DNA of 64,000 nucleotides, taken from NCBI GenBank assembly GCA_951406725.2, contig OX597817.1, positions 110,298,001 through 110,362,000 on the forward strand, given 5' to 3'. Shown here one piece after another: positions 23,529-36,960 of the stretch (within the stretch, counting starts at the first letter, position 1; the number at the start of each line of letters is the position of its first letter). The position numbers were made by a program, and so were the translations under genes. This DNA comes from Octopus vulgaris. Its lineage: Eukaryota. Under the pieces are notes generated by a model. The model saw only the letters and a list, made by a program, of their open reading frames with translations. It was not told where the DNA came from and did no database searches.

Positions 23529-24505
23529 ATAATAGATAACAAAGAAAAGAGTGGAGATTTATTCAATTCCAAAACTTTTTTATTAAAATTTAGAAATCAC
23601 CTCTAGAGAAGCTGAAGTGGAAAATATTAATGGAAGTTGTAGAACTATCAAAATGCAATTGTACAAGGGACAGGATCTGTCTGCTTAACTCTAATTGTAG
23701 GTATAAAAATATTGTATATAGATGTAAGATAACCTCAAAGAATAGGAAATACTTCTATATCAGAGCTAGCTCATGTAACATGAAGCAAAGAATTGCCAGT
23801 CATTTAAATTCATTTAAATATAGATAAAAAATTTTAGTGCTCAAATTAGGAAACTAATTTGAGCACTAAAAGATAGTAACAAAATATATTTGATTGCCTG
23901 AGAAATAATTAGTAAGGCAAAACTTTATAGAATAGATAATATTAGATATGACCCTTGTGTGGAAGAAATGTATCAAATTTTCACTTCTAAATTTACTAAT
24001 ATAAACACTAGACAGGAACATTTAGATGATTTAAATAAACACAACTTACCATCTATAGTAACTATGCTAGTTACAATAATGATTGTAATAATTAATGATA
24101 TTTATACAAATAATACTAACAACAACAACAACAATAATAATAATAATAATAATTGAGCATATAGCAAAATGAAAACAAAACTACTACAATTAACTGAAAT
24201 CTGAATAAACATTTTAAAATCACACTTCAACTGTAATACTAGTAGAGGTGATTATAAGATAAAAATTCCATTGGATTTAAAAAGTAATGCTATCACCTTC
24301 AACTGAATACCAATGCAGGATGCTTGTTTGAATCAGTTCATTTTGCAAACATTGTGAAATTGCAGCAACTAGGGTGCTTAATTGCATACGGAGCAATTTG
24401 CAGTTGAAACATGTAGGTCATTGTTATATATACTGCAGAAAACTTATTAATAAAAAAGTTTTGGATGTGAATAAATCTCCATTCTCCTCTTCATTATCAA
24501 TTATA
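23529..24505 (+). mobile_element. Second, degenerate Penelope-like element 3' fragment (GIY-YIG) with an upstream inverted terminal copy
   Basis: 23630-23827 reads CNC....CLL...C..KNIVY.C.IT.....FYI.A....MKQR..SH..SF, a PLE GIY-YIG with a Cys linker. 23529-23586 is an inverted copy of about 24444-24505. Confidence 0.75.
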
Positions 24506-24522
24506 TACTCTACAGAATGTAT

Positions 24523-24915
24523 AGGCATAGGAGTGGCTGTGTGGTAAGTAGCTTGCTTACAAACCACATGGTTCCAGATTCAGTCCCACTGCATGGCACC
24601 TTGGGCAAGTGTCTTCTACTATAGCTGTGAGCCAACCAAAGCCTTGTGAGTGGATTTAGTAGACAGAAACTGAAAGAAGCTCGTCGTGTATCTATATATA
24701 TGTATCTGTGTGTGTGTGTGTGTCTGTGTTTTCCCCCTCAACATCACTTGACAACCAATGCTGGTGTGTTTACGTCCCCCATAACTTACCAATTCAGCAA
24801 AAGAGACCAATAGAATAAGTACTAGACTTACAAAGAATAAGTCGTGGGGTCGATTAGCTCGACTAAAGGCGGTGCTCCTGCATGGCCACAGTCAAATGAC
24901 TGAAACAAGTAAGAG
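24523..24915 (+). mobile_element. tRNA-derived SINE with a LINE-like tail. Other copies: about 26540-26690(+), 42165-42285(-), 44320-44687(-), 44893-45185(+), 45885-46281(-), 47510-47665(-), 58135-58315(+), 63910-64000(-)
   Basis: Head ggagtggctgtgtggtaag...ggttcagtccca (A/B-box like), a central microsatellite and the tail ggcggtgctccagcatggccacagtcaaatgactgaaacaagt. Confidence 0.88.
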
Positions 24916-25823
24916 AGTTCTGAATAGGAACACAGAACTACCCAATGAGTGAAGCATACCAATACCAGTATTTCTTTTAAGCTTGAGTACTATGTTATTA
25001 GACCATTGTGGATAGCTGGCATATACCAATTTGTGAGATAATACAGTATCCATCAGGATGATTTATCCCTTTTATACTCTCTCTATATATATATATATGC
25101 GTGTGTGTACTTGTATATGTATGCATCCAGGTTTTATATATATAATATTCCCTCTCTCTCTTTCGGAGAGGCACTGAGCAGCTATACGCACACATACACA
25201 CACGGCAGTAACTTCCACCTACCGAATTCAATCACAAAGCTTTGGTCGAATCGGGGCTATAGCGGAAGACACCAACCCAAAGTGCCACCACAGTGGGACT
25301 GAACCCGAAACCATGTAGTTAAGAAATATATATATATACATATTCAGGCTTAAGCATTGTTGTGCGGTAAAGAAACTAGCTTCTTAATCACATGGTTCTA
25401 GGTTTGATCTTACTGCGCACCACCTTCAACAAATATTTTTTTTTGCAACCTTCAATTTGACTAACACCTTTTAAGTGAAATTTGGTATGCAGAAACTCTG
25501 TGTGTGTGTGTGTTTGTGTTTGTTTGTGTGTGTGTGTGTGTGGTATGCGTATGTGTGTGTGTGGTGTGTATATGTGTGTGTGTGTGTGGTGTATGTGGTG
25601 TGTGTGTGTTTGTGTGTATACATTATTCTTTATGTTCCATAAGTTACTGGTTCCATAACTAAAGATTGATAAAAGAAGTAACCAGACTGAAATGAATGCT
25701 GGGTCCAATTATGAAGGATTGAAATTCTCGTAACTGGCATCCCCAATATATTTCATCTAGCGCTCTATTATTTCTGCCTGTCCACTGCCCTCTTTGTAAC
25801 ATTAGTAATAAATGAATACTTAC

Positions 25824-26077
25824 ATTGGGCAACAAAATTCCTCATCTAAATGCAAACTTCTTCGTTCTCTTTTAAAAACAGGATAATGATATTGATTCTG
25901 GATCCATTCCTTCTCAAAAATATCACTTAACTGCTTTTCTGTGTAGAACAAATTTGGATATCTATCCATAATAAATGACCTCTTTTCTTCATATTCCTTC
26001 TTTACAAAAAGATCTGTGGCCATGGTTATATGGTTAACTAGCATGCTGAAGACTATCACCAAAATGCAAATGTTGAT
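25824..26077 (-). CDS. Coding exon 2 of an unrecognised secreted precursor protein (signal peptide, RERR furin site, CCP)
   Basis: Acceptor ctaatttctAG and donor GTAAGT bound a 254-nt open frame INICILVIVFSMLVNHITMA-TDLF...FKRERRSLHLDEEFCCP. It joins in phase with MLK from 31153-31145. Confidence 0.7.
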
Positions 26078-26707
26078 CTAGAAATTAGATGTCAAAAAGA
26101 AACAAAAAATTACTCGGTATTAATTACTTCTTTCTAAAAAAGGTTACATAAATATATGGAAAATATGATTAGGATTGAATACGCTTTATGCCTTTTTTCA
26201 AAACCATTTGCTTTATCATATTTTTAAATATCTTAAAATTTTAATATACTTCAGTGGGGTATCAGTATTTGTTAGTGGATTCAGTTCACTTTAAGCAGTG
26301 GTTCCTAAGCTTGGAACATGGTTTAAATTTTGAAAAGGTCATGACAAAATAATTCATTTACATTTGAAATATTTGAGTTCTAAAATATTTGTGAATATGT
26401 CAAATAATAAACCATAGGCATAAGGGATGCAGAATAATATTTATTTCCAACAAAAACCGAGGAATATTTCTGCAAGGAAAGCATCAAATGTGAATTTATT
26501 AACTTGTTTTAAATTTAAATTTTTAAAAAATATAAATCTGGCTGTGTGGTAAGGAGTTTGCTTCCTAGCCACATGACTCTAGGTTCAGTCCCACTGCATG
26601 GCCCCTTGGACAAGTGTCTTCTACCAATAACCCTGGTCCAGCCAAAGCTTTGTGAGTGGATTTGGTCGATGGAAATTGAAAGACCATCATGTGTGTACAT
26701 ATACATA

Positions 26708-26754
<47 letters not shown>

Positions 26755-26939
26755 TGTGCTGGTGACACGTAAAAGCACCCACTAAGCTCTCGGAGTGGTT
26801 GGCGTTAGGAAGGGCATCTAGCTGTAGAAACTCTGCCAGATCAGATTGGAGTCTGGTGCAGCCATCTGGTTCACCAGACCTCAGGCAAATCGTCCAACCC
26901 ATGCTAGCATGGAAAGCGGATGTTAAACGATGATGATGA

Positions 26940-27001
<62 letters not shown>

Positions 27002-29057
27002 GTATCAACATGTGTGTCTTTGTGTTTGTCCCTCAATATTACTTGACAACCAGTATCAGTTTGTTTACATACCTGGAACTTAACAGTTCAGCAAAAAGAG
27101 ACTAATAGAGAAAGTATCAAGCTTAAAAAAAGTACTTGGGTTGATTTATTTGACTAATCCCTTGAAAGTGGTGCCCCATTATGATTAAAGTCCAATGACT
27201 AAGACTAGTAAAACATAAAAAATTGAAGATATTTTTTTATGAGTTGTGTTTTTAGAACTGATTTGGCAAACTGGGTAGTAATGATAAAAGGTCCAGAGTC
27301 ACTGATTTACAGCTTAGCATCTGCTCACCAACATGAACTACTCATGATTCTGACTAATGTTCATGATCATTTCTTGTAGTTGTTGTTTAGCTCCAAGTCA
27401 ATCCAAAGCGAGATAATCTATGATCAAAGACATCCCAACCATGTGCACCCCAGCAGAGGTGGAGCAAGAGTTCTCAGTCTCCATGGACAAAGACATTTTT
27501 GGAACTCCGACAGGCATGATGAGCCAATGGAAATTTCAGGCTCATTACACCTCTTCACACTTGTCCTAGGAGCAACACACCCTTCTCTTGCATCTTTGCA
27601 CCCCAGTTTACATGCTGAGGGAAAGGACATTTCAAACTTTGCAGACATGGGACAATTATGGACATATGTTTAGGTCTGTTTAACATTGTCAACAAAGTGC
27701 AGTCTAACTGATCCTCCGATCCTGTAGATTGCATAATAAAAAAAAAATAGTGGAAATAATTCTAAGGAGCTAATGGCATGAATTTGGATAATTGAGTTAA
27801 TCAGCTCAATATGGTCAAATCAAGCCAAAAGATCAAGGGATAAGATATTACGTTACAACAAGATATGTATAATTTTTCTTTAAGAATAAACTGTAGAGGG
27901 ATGATATGTTTCAGATTGCAAAGTAGTGTATAGGAATCATAACATCATTGATGGAAAATGTGTACATATTGATAAAGGTGGACTTGCTCTCACCAATGCA
28001 GAGAATAGATGTGGAAATTTTATTAAATTGGTTGCTGATTGAGGAAAATGCACATGGATGAAAGAGGGACTACTCCAAATAGATCTACCCCAAATAGATT
28101 CAACAGATGACTAGCTTTTGATTGCTACATGGTTGCAATGATGGTTAAGGTTATGTTGACCAAGAAAACGGTCAGACCACCAGTCATAGTCATTGTAGTA
28201 CAGAAAATTTCCAGCAAAGTAGGTTATACATGGTCATTCATATAGTTAACCAAATAGCCAACAAGAAGATATCAATTCTAATTTCTGGCATAACAGAATC
28301 AACTGCTATGAAAGCAAAGAAGATGATCTAGATAGAAGAAACTAGAGACATCAAAGTGATTAACCTAGTTATAAAAGTAACTCAAAAGTGATATAGTACA
28401 ACTAATAAGGAAGAAATTAGCTTAAAAGTGATGTAGTTCAGGTTGGGTTTATGTCAAAACACTTTACCACCAAAGCTGTCTTCCTAGTGAGACAAGTGCA
28501 GAAGTTTTTTGTAGAAAGAACAAGCTACTAAAGCCAATAATCTTACACCTAAGACTTTGCCAGTCTGGTGGTTGCAAATGAAAATCTGGTGTAACTGAAT
28601 GGATTGTGAGAGTTATGTAAGGTATGTAAGGAAATGCTGTCAGCAATTATTTCAGTGAGAAAATGAATAAGTAAGAGTCCATCTGGAACTTGATTCTCAG
28701 TGCCATGCTATTTACTATATATTCTGCAGGCCATAAAAGAGAAATTTAAGACTGGCCATCCATAGGAACTTCTGCATGCCTATGGTCTAGCTCTCATAGC
28801 TGAATCGGTCAAAGAATTAATGAACAAATTCTAAACTTTCAAAGCCTCGAATCAAGATGTCTTAAAGTAAACCTAAGATCAATGTTATCATTTACATCTG
28901 AAGGCATTTTCTGTAGACCTACCTGTGATCCCACTGCATATCTTGTGCATCCATAGTTTACATTAAGTATACTGAATGATTGCTCTCTTTTGCAAAGTAA
29001 CCATGACTACTTTTCAGACAGCATAGTCTTTATTAGCAAAAACGTTTGTCTTTGCTA

Positions 29058-29940
29058 GGATGCACCACCCAAAATCTGACATAGAAAGGCTATATATACA
29101 ACGTATTGAAGGTGGTAGAGGCCTTATACAGCTGGAAAACTATTATAAAATAACTACTATAGGACTGCAAAAATACCTACTTCAGAAGCAAGGAAAACTA
29201 ATACAAATAGCCACAAAACATGAGCAAAACAAAAAACTGTTCTCAGTATTTAAGGAAGCTGACAAGAAATCATACGACCTAACAAATATGAAGAAGAAGA
29301 AACAACGAAAGCTATAAAACAAATGAAATCCAAACTAAAACTAGAACAGCAATGGACCATGATAAAATGATAGCAAGAAAAGCCCCTTCATGGCAAATAC
29401 TGGGCTAAACTAAATGCAAAAGAAATAGACAGAGAAAAATTCAAGCAAAGGTTGAGAAGCTCAGGACTCAAATCAGAGACTGAAGGATTTTTAATTGCAG
29501 CACAAGACCAAAGCCTCCCCACCAGAAATTACCAAAAACATATCATGAAAAGAAACATAACAAGTAACTGCAGAATATGTGGAGATGGACAAGAAACAAT
29601 AAATCATATTATCTCTGCCTGCCCAGTCCTGGCTAATATATTCACAGACACGACAGTGTTGGAACCTACATACACCGGAAGCTATGTCAACACTATAGAA
29701 TAACAGCAGAAAAAATATGGTATAAGCACACACCAGAAAAGGTCACAGAAAACGAGAAAGCAACCATACTCTGGGATATGCCAATACACACAGATAGAAA
29801 AATTAAGGCAAATAGGCCAGATATAGCTGTCAGAGATCATGAAAAAAAAGAAAATGCTTTCTAATTGATGTACCAATACCAGCAGATGACAACGATTCTC
29901 TAAAAGAAATGGAGAAACTTTCAAAATATAAAACCTAGAG
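29058..29940 (+). mobile_element. R4/Dong-type non-LTR retrotransposon 3' fragment (thumb, CCHC, REL), degenerate
   Basis: HHPKSDIERLY..R.EGGRGL, GLKSETEGFLIAAQDQ, CRICG...ETINHIISACPVLA and ILWDMPIHTD...ANRPDI. Confidence 0.88.
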
Positions 29941-30988
29941 GCAGTTGAATGCAGATCAGTTTCTTATACCTAAAAGGTAATACACCAAAAGAGACTTTCG
30001 ATGAGATGAAAGAAGTTTATGGTGACAATGCATCATCATACAACGTAGTCAAGCACTGGCATTGCCAATTCAAATGTGGATGGACATCAGTGGGAACTGC
30101 TCCTATTCCTGACGATCACATTCCACCATTGATGAAGACACCATCCTTAAAATCTTTGCCAACTAGCCCAAGAAGTGAAGATAAATGAAAAATCCATGGA
30201 AAAAAAAATCATTTGCGACCATTTGCACATGCGGAAGTTGTCTGCATGATGGATTCCCTGGATACTCATACCTTTTCAGAAGTAGGAATGAGTCACCTGC
30301 TCCCAGACTCTTTTGGCAATGTGCCAAGAAAATGAGGAGGACTTTTTCAGCAGACTTATCACACAGGATGAAACATGAGTCCATCACTATGATCTTGAGA
30401 CTAAAATCCAGTCAAAGCAATGGAAGCATGATAACTCACTACCTCCAAAGAAGGCTTGTGTCCAACCCTCAGCAGGCAAGGTGATGCTCGCAGTATTTTG
30501 GAACCAGCGTGGAGTAGGGATGATGGATTTTCTGGCAAAAGGCACTGCAGTTAACAGGGCATATTATGCTTCTCTGTTGCAGAAATTGTAGGACACCATC
30601 AAAGCAGAGAGGCGTGGCATGCTGACCAAAAGAGTCTGCCTCCTCCAAGACAATTCCCCCAGTTCACAATATGCATGTTGCCCAGATGAAAGCACACTCC
30701 TGCAGCTATGAAATCATTCCTCATCCCCCTTACTCTCCTGACCTCGCATCATCTTTCCAACCATGAAGCCTTTTTTGAAAGAGAAGCTCTTTTCAGACGA
30801 TTATGAACTTATTTTTATGGTAAAGTACATGCAACCTACTGACTTCTACAGACAAGTTCTTCACAGCTGCATAAAGCGATGGGAGAAGTGTGTTATTTAT
30901 GTAGAGAAGGATAAATAATTATGTCAAGTTTTGTTCATCTCAGTCCTTGGGAAGTAGATCAGGGGAAGTTTTTAATGAGCACCCCTCA
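29941..30988 (+). mobile_element. Mariner transposon, degenerate and lacking its 5' end
   Basis: KEVYGD.A.SY..VK.W..QFK.G HTH, DET.VHHYD.ETK.QSKQW, KVMLAVFW, QDN and PHPPYSPDLA. A TIR-like end (gcacccctca|ta) lies near 30988. Confidence 0.88.
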
Positions 30989-31144
30989 TATATATACAGT
31001 ACATATACATATATAAATACATATATATTATATATGCATATATACATGTATATATACATACATATATACATATGTACATGTGTGCGTGCATGTGTGTGTG
31101 TGTATACTGTAGAGTTCGTTAAATGTGAATAATATATTACTTAC

Positions 31145-31153
31145 TTTCAACAT
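31145..31153 (-). CDS. Candidate start exon (ATG TTG AAA = MLK) of the secreted precursor gene
   Basis: acaacATG context followed by a GTAAGT donor. Phase 0 matches exon 26077-25824 and completes a K-hydrophobic signal peptide. Confidence 0.55.
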
Positions 31154-33368
31154 GTTGTCCAAAATAAGAGTGGTGCAGCTGTAGTACGATGCCAATTTAG
31201 CTCCTCAGCAAATCACAAACTACTCCAATGAAAAATGTTTGAGTAGTTATATGATAGATGAGAGGTGTAAGTTCAAATTTATAATCAGTGACTGCTAGAC
31301 AAGAGTGTTTGCAAATCCTGTTATTAAACATACAAGTTGACAGCCTAAGAAATCTGGTAAGACTTGTATCATTCAAATTGCCAGGAACAGTGATAAAAAT
31401 AAAAAAAAAACGAAGTAAAAAATAAATAACAGTTCTTCTACATTGTTTACAAATCAGTTGAGAACTCTTGCCTATTCTCTTCCTTTTCACTTCCTCTTTC
31501 CCTACCCCTTCTCTCTCTCTCTCTCTTCACTCCTTAAAGTATGAAATATTTTCAGATGAAAACAAGTGGGAATGTTGTAAAACAACCTAGACGCCATTGT
31601 CTCAAATGGAAATGAAGTGTAAAGATTTGACTATTTATTTGACTGTTTATTTACTATATCATCAAAAAATGCCAACAATTCTGTTAATGATAAAAAATGG
31701 TAGATCAAAACAATGGCAGAAATTGTTGATAAATGCCAGCAATCAGGTACACAGAACTGAAGGACTTGAAAAGGTACACTTGAAATGCCTCAGTTGAAAA
31801 TATTATTGTAACACGTGTAGTGGCACGTAGAAGCACCCGTTACACTCCTGGAATGGTTGGTGTTAGGAAGGGCATCCAGTTGTAGAAACCATGCCAAACT
31901 AGACTGGAACTTGGTGCAACTCCCCAGCTCATCAGCTCCAATCAAACCGTCTTACCCATGCCAGCATGGAGAGCGGACACTAAATGATGATGACGACGAC
32001 GATGATGCAACAACATACATAAATAAACATTTCTTTTTGGATTTAGGAAGTGTTGAAAGTTTATTGCATCACACAGACAAGAAAGTAATATTTTGAATGC
32101 AGTGTAGCCATGAAAGCAGCAGAAAGATTGGATATTTTACCTTTATATGATGAAAAAAGTTGTCAGCAGAAAGCCATGGGACTCAAACCTGCACCTCCTA
32201 GATACCAGCTGAGTACACTTCGAAAAACAAAAACAAAAAAAATAATGTTTGTTTAGATATGCTGTTGCATTTCAAAAATAGCTATGTTTATAGCATTTAA
32301 CTAATGGGAATTGTTGTCAGTGGGCTGTTTAGTTTAATCAGTAGAGTACTCAGTATGTATCTGGGAGGTGCAGGTTCAAGTCCCATAGCTGTCTGCTGCC
32401 AACTTTTCTCTTCATATAAGTGTAAAATACCCAATCTTTCTTCTGTTTTCACGGCTATCCTGCATTCAAAATATTACTTTCTTGTCTGTACAAGATATAT
32501 GACTGGCACCCAGCAGATGCCAGGACCCCTGGACTGGAGATACGTAAAAAGCACTATCCAAATTGTGGCCGATGCCAGCGCCGCCTCGAATGGCTTCCGT
32601 GTCGGTGGCACCTAAAAAGCACCATCCGAATCCAGTGCCGCCTCGACTGGCTTCCGTGCAGGTGGCACGTAAAATGCACCAATCCGACCGTGGCCGATGC
32701 CAGCCTCGCCTGGTACCAGTGCAGGTGGCACGTAAAAAGCACCCACTACACTCACGGAGTGGTTGGCGTTAGGAAGGGCATCCAGCTGTAGAAACATTGC
32801 CAGATAAGACCGGAGCCTGGTGCAGCCTTCTGGCTTCCCAGATCCCCGGTCGAACCGTCCAACCCATGCTAGCATCGAGAACGGACGTTAAACGATGATG
32901 ATGATGATGATGATGATATATATATATCCACTTTGCATGTTCAAATGGATCAGACAGATTTCATACAGCTGGGTGCCCTTATATGTTTTCCAAGTAAGGT
33001 AATATTTCACCAAGCCCAAACATGATTACATGGAAGATTGAAACAAAGAACACCTCTAGCATGACAGTGACACCCACTTATAGCTATTCCCCAAAGTCAG
33101 AGCAACGAGACAGTAAAACACACACACACATATATTATATATATATATATATATATATACAAATATGTATATATAAATATGTGTGTGCATGTATACATAT
33201 ACATGTTAGTATATATATATATGTACACATATATATAATATCCAGCTGTAGAAACTCTGCCAGATCAGATTGGAGCCTGGTACAACCTTCTGGTTCACCA
33301 GTCCTCAGTCAAATCGTCCACCCTATGCTAGCATAGAAAGCGGACGTTAAATGATGATGATGATGATG

Positions 33369-33657
<289 letters not shown>

Positions 33658-33658
33658 A

Positions 33659-34056
33659 CTAGCAGTATCGCCCGGCGTTGCTCGTGTTTGTAAGGGAAAT
33701 ACCTATATAAGCATTTTTAGAGAGCTATAGCCAAAAAATAGCAAAAAAATGCATTAAAAATGGAAAAAAATGATGGTAATTTTTATTTTAAATCGTTGAC
33801 TCATCGTAGACATTTTTAGAGAGTTACTTCCCTTATATAATAGCAAAAAAAATGCATTAAAATGGGAAAAAATGATGGTAAATTTTTTTTTTAATCGTAG
33901 ACTCATCGTAGACACGCACTAATACCCAGAAGGGCTCGATATGAATCACGACTATAAGATACCCGGTTTTGGTTAAACTGCACCACAAAATGTGGGAGTA
34001 GTTAGGAATCTAAATCGTAGGAGATAGACACACAACTTCACTTTTATATATAAAGA
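33659..34056 (-). mobile_element. Short non-autonomous Helitron
   Basis: Minus strand A|TCTTTATATATAAAAG ... CGAGCAACGCCGGG hairpin, CGATACTGCTAG|T. It carries an internal repeat of about 100 bp. Confidence 0.8.
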
Positions 34057-34384
34057 TATATATATATGCACACATATGTTATCAGTCATCAGATTGTGAC
34101 TATGCTGGGAAACAGCCTTAAATTTTTAGTCGAACAAATCAACCCCAGTAATTATTTTTCCAGTCTGTCACTTATTCTAGTTGTTTGTTTTTGCTGAACC
34201 ACTTAGTCATGGGGACATAAATAAACCAACACAGGTTGTCAAGTGGTTGTGGCAGACAAATACAGATAGAAATACACACATACATACGATATACACACAC
34301 TCATATGTATGTATATTTATAATACATCAATGCATGTGCATACAAATTATTGTGTGTGTGTGAATATGTTATCATTTACAAAGA

Positions 34385-36960
34385 TGTTATGATGAGAGTT
34401 ACGACGCCCCCCCCAGCAAGAGATAGACTGGTGTGAGTAAAGGATAAATAGTAATGATCCGAATGAGTTCAAGAGTTCAGAGTTGGAAGTTGAGTGTAGC
34501 TTGTATTAGTTTGCAGTGAAATCGGAAGGTGTCAGTTGGTTAGTTCACAAGGAATATTGATTGTTGGTTTGTAAAGAAATTTGTTAGTTTGTTACATTGT
34601 TTTTAGTGTTTTTCGGTTATCTTATTTATTGTACGTAACAAATAACATTACAATATTTGGCAACAAGAGTTTCAAAACTCATGTAGGTTACTTAACAATT
34701 TGTTTGTGATACAATTTGTTAAATAATCTTTTCTACTCTAGGCAGTAGGGCCAAAATTTTGGGGGAAGGCAACCCCAGTATGCAACTGGTACTTAATTTA
34801 TTGACCCCCAAAAGGATGAAAGACAAAGTCAACTTTGAGGAATTTGAACTCAGAACGTAAAGACAAGCGCTAAGCATTTCATACAGCATGCTAATGTTTC
34901 TGCCAACTTGCCACCTTACAATTTGTTAAATAATGGAAAACCTATTAGCTTCCATAACACAGTTGCAAAAGCAACAAGATAAGCAATAGGAGTTGCAGAA
35001 GCAGCTATTACAGCAACAATTACAATAATAGCAATTATTAAAGAAGTCCAAAAATGAGGTAAGTTCGTAAGTTATAATTTAGTTTTAACCCAGAAGAGGG
35101 TATTACTTTTGCATCGTCCTACACAAGGTACAAGAAGATTTTTAAGCAAGATTATAAATCATGTTTGGACAAACAAAAAGTGAGATTGTTACTGCAAAAA
35201 TTAACTCCATTAGAGCATGAACATTACTGTAAATTTTCATATTACCCAAAAAACCCAATGAAATTTGTTTAAAGAAACAATAGAATTATTGTCTAACATA
35301 CTCGGTGATAAAACTTCTCTATCTAACACTCGAATGGAGTGTTAGAATATAATGAAAAAAGAGAATGATGATTTTATCACATATGTAGGAACAGTCAATA
35401 GGATGTGTGAAAGTTTTAAACTCAAAGAACTTACACTTGAAATGTTCAAGTGTCTTACAGTAAGCAAAGATACAGAAATTCGGGCAAAAATTCTTTCTAT
35501 ATTGGAACAAGTGAACCAAGATCTAACCTTACAGTCTGTGGCAGAAGTATACCAAATGATGGAAACCCGAAACATGATTTAGAAAAATTCCAGAAAAGGA
35601 TTCCCCAAAAATACAGATATGCAGATCAGAAAAGTACAGCCAAAAAAGAGTACCACATCCTAATCCATGTTATGGATGTGGGGCATACATTTCAGAAAAG
35701 ACTGTCCATTTAAAAATCAAAAATGTTACAGTTGCAAAAGAATTGCTCACAAGAGTTCACACTGCAGAACAAAATAATGATGGTCAAACATTAAAAATCC
35801 TAGAGTGCTCTCAACAGAAACAAAATCGACTCCTAAATAAGAAAATTTGTACACAAAAATTAAACTTCAATTGTATACTGGAAGTGATATTTCAATAATA
35901 AATATGGACACATGGAAGAAAATAGGGAAACCTATATGGAGAAAAACAGTGAAACCTGCTCGTAGTGTGAGGGATGGCAAATTACATTTCATAGGTGAAA
36001 TGTGGACTAATGCCACATTTTGAGGGAAAACATGCAAGGTAAAAGTTTTCATGAATGCAGCCGATCTGGTTGGTCAGAATTATTTGATTTATGGGACCTC
36101 CCCATAAATCTCTATTGTAAAAATGTAAACAGTTGTCCTTTTTAAAATAATTCATCTGAAGAGTTAAAGAGAAAATTTTTTTTAATGTTTCTGCAAGTAC
36201 TTTCGGACAAACTAGGTTTATGCACAAAAACTGAAGCACATTTTGAATTAGATGATAATGTTACACCTGTGTTCAAGCCTAATAGGCAAGTACCTTTTGC
36301 GACAATAAAGCAAGTGGATGATGAGTTGGAAGGATTGGGAAAAAAAATGGAATTATTGAAAAAGTGGATTATGTGAATGGGCATCTTTGACTGTGTGTAT
36401 AAAAAAGAAAAATAACAAAATTAGGTTGTGCGCCGATTTTTTGACCAGTTTAAATTATTGTTTAAAAATGAACCATTATCCACAACTAACCCCAGAAGAT
36501 ATTTTTACAAAACTAAATGAAGGAAAGATATTTTCAAAACTCGATCCATCTGACACATATCTACAAATCAAAGTAGATAAAAAATGCTCAAAGCTGTTAA
36601 CAGCCAACATGCACAGAAGTCTATACAAATACAACAGACTACCTTTTGGACTGAAGGTAGCACCTTCTGCGATGTTGGCAGACTGTCAATTTGCTATTCC
36701 TTACCTTCATGATGTGTTAATCAAAAGCGAATCAGGGAATGAGTATATTGAACACGTGAAGTGTGTTTTTTAAAAAATTAAGGATTATAGTTTCACACTC
36801 AGTGAAGAGAAGTGTGAATTTTTTTTTGCCTAAAATCAAATACTTTGGTCAAATCATAGCTAAGAATGGAAGACATCCTGACCCATCAAGTGCAGATGCA
36901 ATCAAGAATATGCCTCCCCCAATGAATATACCGACATTACAACCTTTCCTTGGCCTAGTA
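34385..36960 (+). mobile_element. Degenerate Ty3/gypsy LTR retrotransposon (5' LTR about 34385-34652, PBS, gag-PR-RT), 3'-truncated
   Basis: TGTTAT...ATTACA LTR followed by TGGCAACAAG (PBS-like), a Gag zinc knuckle remnant, protease (LQL.TGSDISII) and RT (IRLCADF, KIFSKLD, YNRLPFGLK.AP). Many stops are present. Confidence 0.85.
34728..34916 (-). mobile_element. SINE of a third family inserted into the gypsy leader with an 18-bp TSD. Other copies: about 13190-13330(+), 37750-37930(-), 49440-49610(+), 51310-51525(-), 60460-60650(-), 63178-63400(-)
   Basis: TACAATTTGTTAAATAAT at 34710-34727 and 34917-34934. Shared core ttctgagttcaaatt...gactttgcctttcatcc...ataaattaagtacc. Confidence 0.85.

Noticed and set aside
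24295-24420. Possible hammerhead in the second PLE (caactg...cagttGAAACATGTaggtc)
   Set aside because: The GAAA and palindromic stem III half is present, but there is no intact CUGANGA in register. It is too decayed to call.
27700-28700. Decayed coding-like sequence (also about 11950-12400 and 19600-20200)
   Set aside because: These are probably old transposon debris, but no family-defining motif is readable.
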